Sequence record: PZ452578.1
Reading direction: 5' to 3' (one strand)
Origin: a phage
DNA length: 64,000 bases
The position numbers and the translations under genes are program-made. Every line of letters starts with the position of its first letter. Position 1 is the first letter of the stretch. This document shows positions 19,495 to 28,156 of the stretch, piece after piece. Below the pieces are notes generated by a model that made no database searches, was not told the DNA's origin, and saw only the letters and a list, made by a program, of their open reading frames with translations.

Positions 19495-20214
19495 TTACGA
19501 TTCTTCTAAATGTCTTTTCTGAAAAGTTGATACCATACTACGATAAGGTTCATTTGGATACCCGTGTTTTATAGCTTCCTTTGTAAATTTTCTCCATCCG
19601 TATTTAGTTTCTTTCCAAAGCTCGAATAATTCATCTTCATACTGCCATATAGTTAAATGAGAACGCTTTGCAGCTTTAATTCCATTAATGTGCTTTTCTT
19701 TTACTGTAGGATTGCTTAGTGTCTTTTTAATAATATTACTAACTTTTCTAACAAAAGCTGGGTCCTTATATCGTTGTGAAGTTTTTATTGAAGTGTTTAA
19801 TTTAGCTTCCGGCGTGGATGTGACCTCTTTCATCTTTTTCTTCATATGCTCTATATGATTAGGATTTTTCCATAAATTTATAGAATGCTTTTTACATTTT
19901 ATCCTAGTTTCATCTGCAACCTTTCCTCCTTCACCCCCATATGACAGGTTAACGCAGTTTTTTCCATATTTCAATTTACCTGCCATGATATATAATATTT
20001 CGGCTTGTACCATTTTATCATAATTATCAAAAACTTCTAAAACCGTTTTTGATAATATATGGTCATTTGACACTTTTACACGTTCTATATAATTTCCACT
20101 ACCAACATACGAATCATTGATGTTATTAGTTATATGTCGACCATAATAGTATTTCTTAATACCTGTCTTTAAATTTAATATTTCAGTTTTATAGATAGTA
20201 AAATATTTTTTCAT
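19495..20214 (-). CDS. GIY-YIG family endonuclease-like protein (Seg-like, putative freestanding homing endonuclease)
   Basis: 239 aa; FTIYKTEILNLKTGIKKYYYGRH; basic C-terminal region; start overlaps upstream stop (ATGA). Confidence 0.55.
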   Translation of the reverse strand: MKKYFTIYKTEILNLKTGIKKYYYGRHITNNINDSYVGSGNYIERVKVSNDHILSKTVLEVFDNYDKMVQAEILYIMAGKLKYGKNCVNLSYGGEGGKVADETRIKCKKHSINLWKNPNHIEHMKKKMKEVTSTPEAKLNTSIKTSQRYKDPAFVRKVSNIIKKTLSNPTVKEKHINGIKAAKRSHLTIWQYEDELFELWKETKYGWRKFTKEAIKHGYPNEPYRSMVSTFQKRHLEES

Positions 20215-21179
20215 TTTAATAATACCGTTTCAGCGATTTCTTCCCAACCGTTTTTGTCGGTCATAATAAAGTCAGCAAGATAAAGAGCAGTACGCAGTGA
20301 AACATTACGTAAACGATTAACATTGACTTTCATCCATGATAATGCTTTATAAGTTTCTTCATCAGAAAGACCGCGTTTTTGCATCATGTCAGTTGAAAGA
20401 ATAACATCTTCAACCCTGACCATAATTTCTTCATTAGTGTGAACACCCAAATCTAAATAAACTGAGCGGGACACTAATGCTTGTAAATGTGGAGCAAGTT
20501 TAGTACCACGGTCTAATTCACGGTCAATGTCAACGTTTGTGATAAAAACAATTGTTCCTTTAAATTCAAACTCACGGTCAATGCCTTTTTCTTCTAAGTA
20601 AGAAGATGCAGTGCTCCAGCAGACTTTACGGGTCTCTCCAGTGTCCAGAGCAGCTTTCAGAAGATTAAGAATGTCCATATCAGAGAAAACATCCACATCA
20701 TCAATCAAAAGGACAGAATTCTCTTCACGATTATTCCAAAGCTGTTCATAAAGACCGATACCAGAGATTTTACCATTAATGCTTTTATACTCAATGTATC
20801 CAATATCATTTGCTTTATTTAAAGCTTTATCTAAAGAATACGTTTTACCAATGCCTGCCGCACCAGAGATAATTAATGAACGAATGTTTCCGTTAATAAT
20901 ACCATTCGTCATCATTCCCATAACATTAAATCTTTTATTAATGCGGGTTTTCATATCTTCATATGATTCTTTAACTTCTTCAACTTTTACACCATCATAT
21001 GAAATGTCTGATTTGTAAACCCAAACACCGCGACGCTTACCGTCAATTTCAACAAAAACTTTACCATCTCCTTGTGCATCTACCGGAGCATTATCAGGGA
21101 ACCACTCACCTAAGAGTTCAAAAGTTCCAGAGATTTCTTTACCGAAGTAGATACCCTTATTGATAGTTACAGTTTTCAT
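20211..21179 (-). CDS. P-loop AAA-type ATPase
   Basis: Start at ATG 21177-21179 with GGAG SD; Walker A ISGAAGIGKT, Walker B VLLIDDVD. Confidence 0.6.
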   Translation of the reverse strand: MKTVTINKGIYFGKEISGTFELLGEWFPDNAPVDAQGDGKVFVEIDGKRRGVWVYKSDISYDGVKVEEVKESYEDMKTRINKRFNVMGMMTNGIINGNIRSLIISGAAGIGKTYSLDKALNKANDIGYIEYKSINGKISGIGLYEQLWNNREENSVLLIDDVDVFSDMDILNLLKAALDTGETRKVCWSTASSYLEEKGIDREFEFKGTIVFITNVDIDRELDRGTKLAPHLQALVSRSVYLDLGVHTNEEIMVRVEDVILSTDMMQKRGLSDEETYKALSWMKVNVNRLRNVSLRTALYLADFIMTDKNGWEEIAETVLLK

Positions 21180-21216
21180 TTTATTCTCCAAATCTGTATC
21201 AGTAGTTGATAGTTGT

Positions 21217-21246
21217 ATAGTACCATAAAGCTTTATGCTTGTAAAC
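21217..21246 (-). promoter_or_regulatory. T4-type early promoter (repeat family)
   Basis: minus strand GTTTAC-18nt-TACTAT; drives ATPase gene. Confidence 0.5.
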
Positions 21247-21275
21247 AGTTTTGTGAAAAAATTTTGAAATAAAAA

Positions 21276-21293
21276 GGGAGCCCGAAGGCTCCC
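21276..21293 (-). terminator. UUCG-tetraloop terminator hairpin
   Basis: plus gggagcccgaaggctccc; minus RNA GGGAGCC-UUCG-GGCUCCC followed by UUUUUAUUUC. Confidence 0.55.
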
Positions 21294-21295
21294 TA

Positions 21296-22309
21296 TCATT
21301 TATAATAACTTCGGTGGTTTTCAAGATAGACCTTCTCAAGGAAGTCATCCCAGAAACTCATGTCTACTTTTTGCTGCATACCGTTCTTAGAAGCTTCAGT
21401 AGATGCTGCTTCTACTTGATCGACCACATCTTCCAAAAACTCTTGAACCGTTTTAAATGGATGTTTACCCAACTTCACGTCGAGAATAAATGGAGCATCT
21501 TGGAGTGGATAAACCAAGTCACCAGTTTTGTAAATTTCCAACAGTTGGAGTCCACCACGGCAAGCATGACTCAGAGCTTTCCAGTCAATACCTTCATTGG
21601 CTTCGGCCTTACGAGCACGTTCACCATATTCAGCATCTAATTTGTTCAGTGACTGCTTAAGCTCAATAAGAGAAAGCGTTGTCTGATATTTACGACCCAA
21701 CACTGTATAAAACGTTTGTGGGCCGGTTTTCTCATGATTATGGAACACCCATTCACAGAATTCATTCTTTGGAAGACGATGCTTAATATCTTCAACTTTA
21801 GTACGACGCTGCTTAATAGAACCATCTTCTTGGTAATCAACCCATTGCTCAGGGATTTGATTAACTACTTTCAATACATCACGTAATGCAGCCAAACGAG
21901 AACCTTTGACACCGTATTTAGAAGCTTGCTTGCGGACATATCCTAAATATGATTTCATATTAGTCGTATAAAAACGAGAACGGTTGTCTTGAATAAACTT
22001 CCACACATCAGGTAAATCAGATTTAACCACTAGTTCAGGTGGAGTATGAAGCATATCTAATGCTACAGTTTCACCATCTGCTGCTAATTTAAAGAAATAT
22101 TTAAGACTGTATAGTTCATGGTCAATATCATCTTTAGTGTTTTTAGATGATGTGTTGTTAGTGTTTTTACTCATGTGCTCTTTAACATTTCCAATAAGAA
22201 TATCACGAGCAGGAGGAACAAAGATTTCTTTAAAATCTACATCAGATTCTGGAGTAGAAGTTCCATAAAGATGACTACCAAAATAGCTTTTCATTACTGT
22301 TTTCATCAT
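21296..22309 (-). CDS. Nucleotidyltransferase-fold protein (Pol-beta superfamily-like)
   Basis: 337 aa; N-terminal GS-x9-DVD pattern (FGSHLYGTSTPESDVDF). Confidence 0.5.
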   Translation of the reverse strand: MMKTVMKSYFGSHLYGTSTPESDVDFKEIFVPPARDILIGNVKEHMSKNTNNTSSKNTKDDIDHELYSLKYFFKLAADGETVALDMLHTPPELVVKSDLPDVWKFIQDNRSRFYTTNMKSYLGYVRKQASKYGVKGSRLAALRDVLKVVNQIPEQWVDYQEDGSIKQRRTKVEDIKHRLPKNEFCEWVFHNHEKTGPQTFYTVLGRKYQTTLSLIELKQSLNKLDAEYGERARKAEANEGIDWKALSHACRGGLQLLEIYKTGDLVYPLQDAPFILDVKLGKHPFKTVQEFLEDVVDQVEAASTEASKNGMQQKVDMSFWDDFLEKVYLENHRSYYK

Positions 22310-22767
22310 TCAGCCTTATATTCAATAACAGGACATACTTTAGCTTTACGAGCTTTTAAAAATTCAACGATAACCGATTTCTTGGGTTGAATAGGAGGTA
22401 AACCTTTATACGCCCTATCAATATTTTCTACGTGTAAAGCATAATCCTTTTTCCATTTATAATCTTTATATTTTTCACGCAAATGTGCAGGAATAACAAA
22501 TGAACCGATAATAAGTAAAACAACCAAAAGCGCAAGTATAAATGCTGATGGAAGCAAAGTCCATAAACTACCAAAAATAATCCAACGCTGTAGGCTTTCT
22601 GCACAAATAATTGTTAGCCCTACGAGTATAGCACATCCAAAAATAGAAACGAAAAATGTAGGAATGGCAATAGACCAAAAATATGCGCATAGTGTCTTAG
22701 GTCGTTGCCATTCATCGTTAAACAATTTGAATAATTTATAGTGCCAAGAGTTTTCATTAATAATCAT
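22306..22767 (-). CDS. Membrane protein (153 aa)
   Basis: Two long hydrophobic segments. Confidence 0.45.
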   Translation of the reverse strand: MIINENSWHYKLFKLFNDEWQRPKTLCAYFWSIAIPTFFVSIFGCAILVGLTIICAESLQRWIIFGSLWTLLPSAFILALLVVLLIIGSFVIPAHLREKYKDYKWKKDYALHVENIDRAYKGLPPIQPKKSVIVEFLKARKAKVCPVIEYKAE

Positions 22768-22769
22768 AA

Positions 22770-23291
22770 TTATCCTTTCATTGAAAGCGTAACGGTTGTT
22801 AAATACTTAATCATAGCTTCAGCTTCTGATTTTGACAATGAAATTTCTCCATTGTTTTGACGAATAGAAATAAAATCCGGATGACGGTCACCGCCAGCTT
22901 TTAAAACACACATATAAGTATCAACTTCGCCTTCAATATTTGAAATGATTGAAGCAGTTCCACATGAATGCGGTTTTTGATAAATCAATACAGCTTTTCT
23001 TCCGCCATTTGACTGCTCATAGGCTTTTAATACATCAAACAAATCACTTCTTTTATCAATAGCTAAAATGTTATTTTCATCTTCAATGTTAAATCCTTCG
23101 GATACTTCATAAAGTGTCACCCATAAATCGCCAATATCAATAACAGCGTTCACTTTTCCATGACTTTCAAGAGCATGACAAATTTTCTTGATTTCGTCAT
23201 AACTCATTTTAATAATATCATCTCCTTGAATAAGAAAGATGTCATTTTTAAATTCAACACGAATTAAACCACTTCCACTTGAAATAAACAT
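22770..23291 (-). CDS. Hypothetical protein (173 aa), paralog of 23298-23855
   Basis: Similar C-terminal tails (SKSEAEAMIKYLTTV vs TKDEAIALKTYLDSV). Confidence 0.45.
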   Translation of the reverse strand: MFISSGSGLIRVEFKNDIFLIQGDDIIKMSYDEIKKICHALESHGKVNAVIDIGDLWVTLYEVSEGFNIEDENNILAIDKRSDLFDVLKAYEQSNGGRKAVLIYQKPHSCGTASIISNIEGEVDTYMCVLKAGGDRHPDFISIRQNNGEISLSKSEAEAMIKYLTTVTLSMKG

Positions 23292-23297
23292 ATTTCC

Positions 23298-23855
23298 TCA
23301 CTTTGAAATCATAGTTGGAATGACAGAATCAAGATAAGTCTTTAGTGCAATAGCTTCGTCTTTGGTAAATGTGACAATATGTGATCGAAAATCGTCGATT
23401 TGGCGAATAGTTAAGACATCTCCCTCTTCATAACATTTTGATACATTTAAAAGAGTTTCATCATTCTGATTGCAAGCGTTAGTAATAATAGCATTGCAAT
23501 TTTTGAGCCATTTTAAACTATGTTTTCTTTCATTAGAATAATAAAAATATTTAATCTTAGCTATAAAACTATCCCAATGGATAACTGATAAACACATTGA
23601 CTCACTTTTAATATTAAATCCTGGGCATGAAGAATAAAAATGAATTTTGTGCTCATCATTGATGCTTACTATTTTATCAGTATAAGGATATTCAATTTGG
23701 GTTAAATGAATGATTTCACTAGGCGTAAAATATAGCATATCGTCTTCTTGCGTCAAACGATACATGTTATTTACTTTTTCTATAGCCAATTCACCAAAAA
23801 GCGGACTAACTTCTAATACTAATCGTTTCATATTGATTCTCTTCGACTCACTCAC
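23298..23855 (-). CDS. Hypothetical protein (185 aa)
   Basis: ORF track; downstream of early promoter 23991-24020. Confidence 0.45.
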   Translation of the reverse strand: MSESKRINMKRLVLEVSPLFGELAIEKVNNMYRLTQEDDMLYFTPSEIIHLTQIEYPYTDKIVSINDEHKIHFYSSCPGFNIKSESMCLSVIHWDSFIAKIKYFYYSNERKHSLKWLKNCNAIITNACNQNDETLLNVSKCYEEGDVLTIRQIDDFRSHIVTFTKDEAIALKTYLDSVIPTMISK

Positions 23856-23990
23856 AATTACATACTCCTTTGAATAATATCAATAATGTTGTTCACCAGA
23901 TTATAAGTAAACATTGGGTAATTATATTGAATCATTACATACACAACAAACAAAACTTTCATTCTCTTCTCCTTGACAGTTGACAAGATT

Positions 23991-24020
23991 ACTATACCAT
24001 AACCTTGCCAACTTGTAAAC
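23991..24020 (-). promoter_or_regulatory. T4-type early promoter
   Basis: minus strand GTTTAC-18nt-TATAGT with TGG. Confidence 0.5.
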
Positions 24021-24185
24021 CGTTAAATGTTGTTTTCAATAAAATTTTGAAGCTTTGTGTGAGCATCAACCATGATTTTCATTTCTTCTTTGGCGAAAGC
24101 TGTACCTCTTTCCCGAGCAGAATACTCATAGTCAGAAACTGCATTAGCATATTCTTCAATTAGCTTCATTAAAAACATCTGCTTT

Positions 24186-24380
24186 TCAGTTTTCATTATT
24201 CCACCTAATCATTTCAAGATATTGAACTAACTTAGCTTTAGATTTATCCAAATCCCTTTTAGCTGATTCTATACCATCGTATGAATATCCTTCACAATGC
24301 TCAACTGCTAATTGGTATGAATCTATTTCAATATCATGCGCTAATTTAATGATTTTTTCAAACTGTTCGCGTGTTAGCAT
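24186..24380 (-). CDS. Small acidic protein (64 aa)
   Basis: ORF track. Confidence 0.35.
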   Translation of the reverse strand: MLTREQFEKIIKLAHDIEIDSYQLAVEHCEGYSYDGIESAKRDLDKSKAKLVQYLEMIRWNNEN

Positions 24381-24382
24381 AA

Positions 24383-24622
24383 TTAAACTCTCGTATTATG
24401 ATCGATAATTTCATCAAGAAACATATCTAACGCTTCTAAAGCATTATCAACTTTAGCTTCAAGTTCATCAATGCCTTTATTTGCAATGCCTGACGAAAAC
24501 CAAGCAAAGTCACTAAGTTCCTCGTCTGCTTTACGAATTAAAGCTACCAATTCCTTAATTTTATCCGCTTGTTCGATACTAATCATTATTCCACCACATA
24601 TGAAAGAGAGAATATTGCACAC
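24383..24622 (-). CDS. Small acidic protein (79 aa)
   Basis: ORF track. Confidence 0.35.
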   Translation of the reverse strand: MCNILSFICGGIMISIEQADKIKELVALIRKADEELSDFAWFSSGIANKGIDELEAKVDNALEALDMFLDEIIDHNTRV

Positions 24623-24774
24623 GCCATGTGAGTTGCAACTTCATCACACATATTATAACGTTTCTTAAGAAGTTCTACAAGTTCTTCACTAGTAACTTCA
24701 TCCATGTTGACGAAAAAATCACCATTAATGATGACGTAGATATTTCCTTCTTGATTAAGTGCTTCAATTTTCAT
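24586..24774 (-). CDS. Small protein (62 aa, [10 protein letters not shown]...)
   Basis: Internal Met of 111-aa track ORF; upstream part overlaps promoter. Confidence 0.35.
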   Translation of the reverse strand: MKIEALNQEGNIYVIINGDFFVNMDEVTSEELVELLKKRYNMCDEVATHMACAIFSLSYVVE

Positions 24775-24802
24775 GATGTTCTCCTCTTTATCCGATGGTT
24801 GT

Positions 24803-24832
24803 ATAGTATCACAGCTCAAATGGAAAGTAAAC
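24803..24832 (-). promoter_or_regulatory. T4-type early promoter
   Basis: minus strand GTTTAC-18nt-TACTAT with TGTGA. Confidence 0.5.
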
Positions 24833-24847
24833 CGGTAAAATGAAAAA

Positions 24848-24863
24848 GTCTCCCGAAGGAGAC
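24848..24863 (-). terminator. UUCG-tetraloop terminator hairpin
   Basis: plus gtctcccgaaggagac; minus RNA GUCUCC-UUCG-GGAGAC followed by U-rich tract. Confidence 0.5.
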
Positions 24864-24868
24864 TAACG

Positions 24869-25255
24869 TTATTCGAGGGAAAGAAGATATTTACTCTGGT
24901 AAAACATTCCAGTAATATCATCTATCGTGCTTTGAATGGCTGGAGGCATTTCTTTGTAAATGCTGTTAGATTGGTCTAGTATGCGATCAATCATTTTAAT
25001 TGTGTCGGTAGGAAGTTTACTGGCATCTGGAATTGAAGGTGTGTATTTTCTACCAGAATACCCCAAATATTGCTCACCAAATTTATCAATCAAATCTGGC
25101 AACTCGGAGAAAATAAAATCGTATGCTTTGTGTCTAGCATAACTTTTAGTTTCAAAATGTGCAGAATGAAAATAAGCTTGTGCAGCCATTAATAAACCTA
25201 AGTATTCATCTGCCTTTGAAGGTTTTCCACTTTGTGAAAAGTCGCTGAATTTCAT
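24869..25255 (-). CDS. Hypothetical protein (128 aa) upstream-adjacent to rI
   Basis: ORF track; 4-nt overlap with rI. Confidence 0.45.
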   Translation of the reverse strand: MKFSDFSQSGKPSKADEYLGLLMAAQAYFHSAHFETKSYARHKAYDFIFSELPDLIDKFGEQYLGYSGRKYTPSIPDASKLPTDTIKMIDRILDQSNSIYKEMPPAIQSTIDDITGMFYQSKYLLSLE

Positions 25256-25545
25256 TCAGTCTCCAATTTAATGTTCATAATTCTAGCGTATGATTGTGCC
25301 ATCTCCGCGCCTCGCTCTATACATTCAAAATCAGAAGAGCACGGGTCATTTTTATAGGTCGTTCTCATAAAACTATAGAATTGTTCAGACGATTCTACGC
25401 TTTTATTTTCAAAAAGCATATAAACGTGCCTAATACCAGATTCCATAAATTTATCAAAATGAGGATCGACATTCGCTTCAATCGATGGAGATAAAACAAA
25501 TGACAATCCTAGCATGGCAAAAAGTGCCGTTGCTTTTAAGGCCAT
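25252..25545 (-). CDS. rI: Lysis inhibition regulator rI (periplasmic antiholin)
   Basis: 97 aa; signal-anchor MALKATALFAMLGLSFVLSPSIEA; strong SD AGGAGG. Confidence 0.8.
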   Translation of the reverse strand: MALKATALFAMLGLSFVLSPSIEANVDPHFDKFMESGIRHVYMLFENKSVESSEQFYSFMRTTYKNDPCSSDFECIERGAEMAQSYARIMNIKLETE

Positions 25546-25557
25546 AAAGGCCTCCTA

Positions 25558-25770
25558 TCATTTTTGTCCTGTATTTACTTTATGCCGATGCACGGCCTTA
25601 ACTTTATCAAGGTATTTTTCAAAATTTCGCAATCTAGTATAGTCTGCCGGAGATTGGTTGAGTGATACTTCTCGACGCAAAGCTGAAATGATATTTCCAA
25701 CTTCCCTACGAATTTCATCTAATTAAAGCACAGTAAGATTGCGAAGTTGCTTTTCAGTTAATTGTAGCAT
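25558..25770 (-). pseudogene. Small late ORF interrupted by in-frame TAA (15 codons, TAA, 54 codons)
   Basis: ATG 25768-25770 with SD and TATAAATA upstream; MLQLTEKQLRNLTVL, stop at 25723-25725, then [54 protein letters not shown] in the same frame. Confidence 0.4.
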
Positions 25771-25795
25771 ATATACCCCTTTAGTTAGATAAACC

Positions 25796-25803
25796 TATTT
25801 ATA
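25796..25803 (-). promoter_or_regulatory. T4 late promoter box TATAAATA
   Basis: plus tatttata; 25 nt upstream of ATG 25770. Confidence 0.45.
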
Positions 25804-25812
25804 ACTTTTGCA

Positions 25813-26394
25813 CTAACCGAGCTTTTTAGTTAATTCATTCCAATGTTTTCTACACAAAGAAACATAAATTTCATCACCAATACAGATTTGATTACCTTCT
25901 TTAACTGGTGTTCCATCTTCCATTAATCGAGCTGTCATAATCGCTTTTTTACCACAGTGACAAACTGCTTTTAGTTCAATAAGTTTATCTGCAATCGCCA
26001 AAAGTTCTTTAGAACCTTCAAATAATTTTCCAGCGAAATCAGTCCTTAATCCATAAGCCATAACAGGAACATTATATGTATCAACAATTCGACTTAATTG
26101 ATGCACCTGTTCAGTTTTTAAAAATTGGGCTTCATCTACAAATACGCAATGAATATCTTTTTGTGCTTCAGCCCATTTATAGAACTCGAAAATATCCATA
26201 TCATCTGTGATAATATTCGCTTCCTGTTTAATTCCAATGCGAGAAACGACTTCACAGACAGAGTCGCGAGTATCAATAGCAGGCTTAAGAATTAATACAC
26301 TCATTCCACGTTCTTTATAATTATGTGCAGCAGTCAAAAGAGAAGCAGATTTTCCAGCATTCATTGCTGCATAAGTAAAAATTAAACTCGCCAT
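25813..26394 (-). CDS. tk: Thymidine kinase
   Basis: 193 aa; P-loop AMNAGKS; C-terminal Zn finger CHCGK...CRKH. Confidence 0.9.
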   Translation of the reverse strand: MASLIFTYAAMNAGKSASLLTAAHNYKERGMSVLILKPAIDTRDSVCEVVSRIGIKQEANIITDDMDIFEFYKWAEAQKDIHCVFVDEAQFLKTEQVHQLSRIVDTYNVPVMAYGLRTDFAGKLFEGSKELLAIADKLIELKAVCHCGKKAIMTARLMEDGTPVKEGNQICIGDEIYVSLCRKHWNELTKKLG

Positions 26395-26395
26395 C

Positions 26396-26584
26396 TTAGT
26401 CCTTAGTTAAATTTTCTAAATATGTTTCTAAATCATTTTCAGCTTTATCGATAGATTTTACTAATTCGTAATATGTTTCGGCATCTCCATAATCAGAAGA
26501 TAATTCAAAAGACAAATCCTTTTCTAAACTAATAATTTCACCAACTAAAAATAATATTTCGTTCTTTTGTTCGCGAGTAATCAT
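26396..26584 (-). CDS. Small acidic protein (62 aa)
   Basis: MITREQKNEILFL...; paralog of 26581-26766. Confidence 0.4.
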   Translation of the reverse strand: MITREQKNEILFLVGEIISLEKDLSFELSSDYGDAETYYELVKSIDKAENDLETYLENLTKD

Positions 26585-26766
26585 AAAGAATTTATATAAT
26601 CAATGAGTTCTTGTTCTTTATTATCGAATTCTTTAGAAAGTTCTTCGTATTCATTTGCATTAAAAGGACCGCATTCATCACAAACTTTTTCCAATTCACT
26701 GTTTTTATCCATAACTTCGTGGATAAGAGAAAAGAGTTTGTCTTTTTGTTCTTTGCTTAAACTCAT
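26581..26766 (-). CDS. Small acidic protein (61 aa)
   Basis: MSLSKEQKDKLFSL...; ATGA overlap with neighbours. Confidence 0.4.
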   Translation of the reverse strand: MSLSKEQKDKLFSLIHEVMDKNSELEKVCDECGPFNANEYEELSKEFDNKEQELIDYINSL

Positions 26767-26936
26767 ATATTAATTTCCAAAAGTTTTAAAATAATTCGCT
26801 TTTGCTTAAATATTTCCACAGTTAAATGATCAGTATCTTTTTGACCAATTCCAATGGCAAAACCTTTATTAACAGCGAGTTCAATTAAATTATCAAGTTC
26901 ACGTAACACTTCATATTGTAACTCAGAACTATTCAT
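26763..26936 (-). CDS. Small protein (57 aa)
   Basis: ATG 26934-26936 (rc) overlapping upstream TGA; MNSSELQYEVLRELDNLIEL... Confidence 0.3.
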   Translation of the reverse strand: MNSSELQYEVLRELDNLIELAVNKGFAIGIGQKDTDHLTVEIFKQKRIILKLLEINI

Positions 26937-27145
26937 TTCGGTTTACCTTCTTTAACGAAATCTGGATAAGGATAAAATCCCGAATAAAATCCTTCACCTT
27001 TATGATTGATGCATCCTTTATTAGAACAATAGCACCAATAATCGAAATCACAAGCCATTTCATCGTTGCATAAAGCAAAAACAACCGGCCATTTACACTT
27101 TTCACAGTGGGCATTTTTAAGAATACTAGTTTGGCTCATAACCAT
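26933..27145 (-). CDS. Cys-rich small protein (70 aa)
   Basis: CEKCKW...CDFDYWCYCSNKGCINH. Confidence 0.4.
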   Translation of the reverse strand: MVMSQTSILKNAHCEKCKWPVVFALCNDEMACDFDYWCYCSNKGCINHKGEGFYSGFYPYPDFVKEGKPK

Positions 27146-27363
27146 GTCACCTTTAAGCAGTATTCTTCTACATGCTGTTTACGACCTTTCTTATCAATAA
27201 AGGTATATTCAACGAATGTTCCAATGTAGTCTTTATCTACATCATGTGGACTATTAATTGGACATTTAGTACGGCAAATGCGTTCCCATTGACGAATAAT
27301 TACTGCCTTATTCTTTGGGTCATACGGATGTGGATAATGTATATTCATAATAACGGTTCCCAA
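27136..27363 (-). CDS. Hypothetical protein (75 aa)
   Basis: ORF track. Confidence 0.4.
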   Translation of the reverse strand: MGTVIMNIHYPHPYDPKNKAVIIRQWERICRTKCPINSPHDVDKDYIGTFVEYTFIDKKGRKQHVEEYCLKVTWL

Positions 27364-27812
27364 TCAACAATCACAATTTCTAATTTAGAGGAATATGTAT
27401 CTAAAATCCCCTCAATAATATCCCAGTTCCCTTTACCTATGCCTGCACCAATCCTAGGCATATAGATTGTAGGTTTAATCAGTTTATTTTCACCAAACTC
27501 ATTTAATTCTAACATACAATTCATTAAAGCGGAATACTCAAAATTTGGCCCTGGTTGAAATTGAGTATAAAGGTTGAAGCAATACGCTTTATGAGTCCTA
27601 AAGTATTTTTCATAGACTGAATAAGAACCAAGTTTAGTTACATCACCCCATTCAGTCTGTAATTTATCAGCTTCCAAAATTTTAGGGAAAGCTTTAGTTA
27701 ATTGACCTGCGACTCCAGCTTTCATCGTGTGAAAACAATTACATCCATGCGCAATATTTTTACCTTCAGCGAAAAGGGCGACAATATCGCCCTTGATATA
27801 TTTTACAATCAT
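27345..27812 (-). CDS. Macro-domain-like protein (putative ADP-ribose binding/processing)
   Basis: 155 aa; NIAHGCN...AGVAGQL and MPRIGAGIGKGNW resemble macro-domain glycine-rich loops. Confidence 0.4.
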   Translation of the reverse strand: MIVKYIKGDIVALFAEGKNIAHGCNCFHTMKAGVAGQLTKAFPKILEADKLQTEWGDVTKLGSYSVYEKYFRTHKAYCFNLYTQFQPGPNFEYSALMNCMLELNEFGENKLIKPTIYMPRIGAGIGKGNWDIIEGILDTYSSKLEIVIVDWEPLL

Positions 27813-28156
27813 CTAGTACTCAATCCTCGATTATAAGAATCTACCAAACGGTCAACCATTGAATGACAAGCGGCTTTATCTTTCTCCTCCGCAACTGAAC
27901 ATTCTAAAGTATTCCACTTTTTAGCATATCGTTTTAATAATGTATCATTTTTGTATCTACTTGATTTATCTCTTTCTCCGTCTTTATATGCATATATTAA
28001 TTTCTGTGCAAATTCAGCTTGACATGCTTTATTTTTCCCACAATAATCTGCCGCAGTGCGGTTTACATATTCTCTAATTTCAGTATATGATGTATCTGCT
28101 GACGCAGAAGCAGAAAATGAAATTAATCCTATACATAAAACCAAAATTTTAGTCAT
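27809..28156 (-). CDS. Secreted/periplasmic small protein (115 aa)
   Basis: Signal peptide MTKILVLCIGLISFSASASA. Confidence 0.45.
   Translation of the reverse strand: MTKILVLCIGLISFSASASADTSYTEIREYVNRTAADYCGKNKACQAEFAQKLIYAYKDGERDKSSRYKNDTLLKRYAKKWNTLECSVAEEKDKAACHSMVDRLVDSYNRGLSTR

Noticed and set aside
21180-21299. N-terminal extensions containing YGTIQLSTT in track ORFs 20211-21299 and 18522-19109
   Set aside because: These residues come from reading through the shared promoter repeat; ATGs with SDs lie downstream, so I set the starts at 21179 and 19049.
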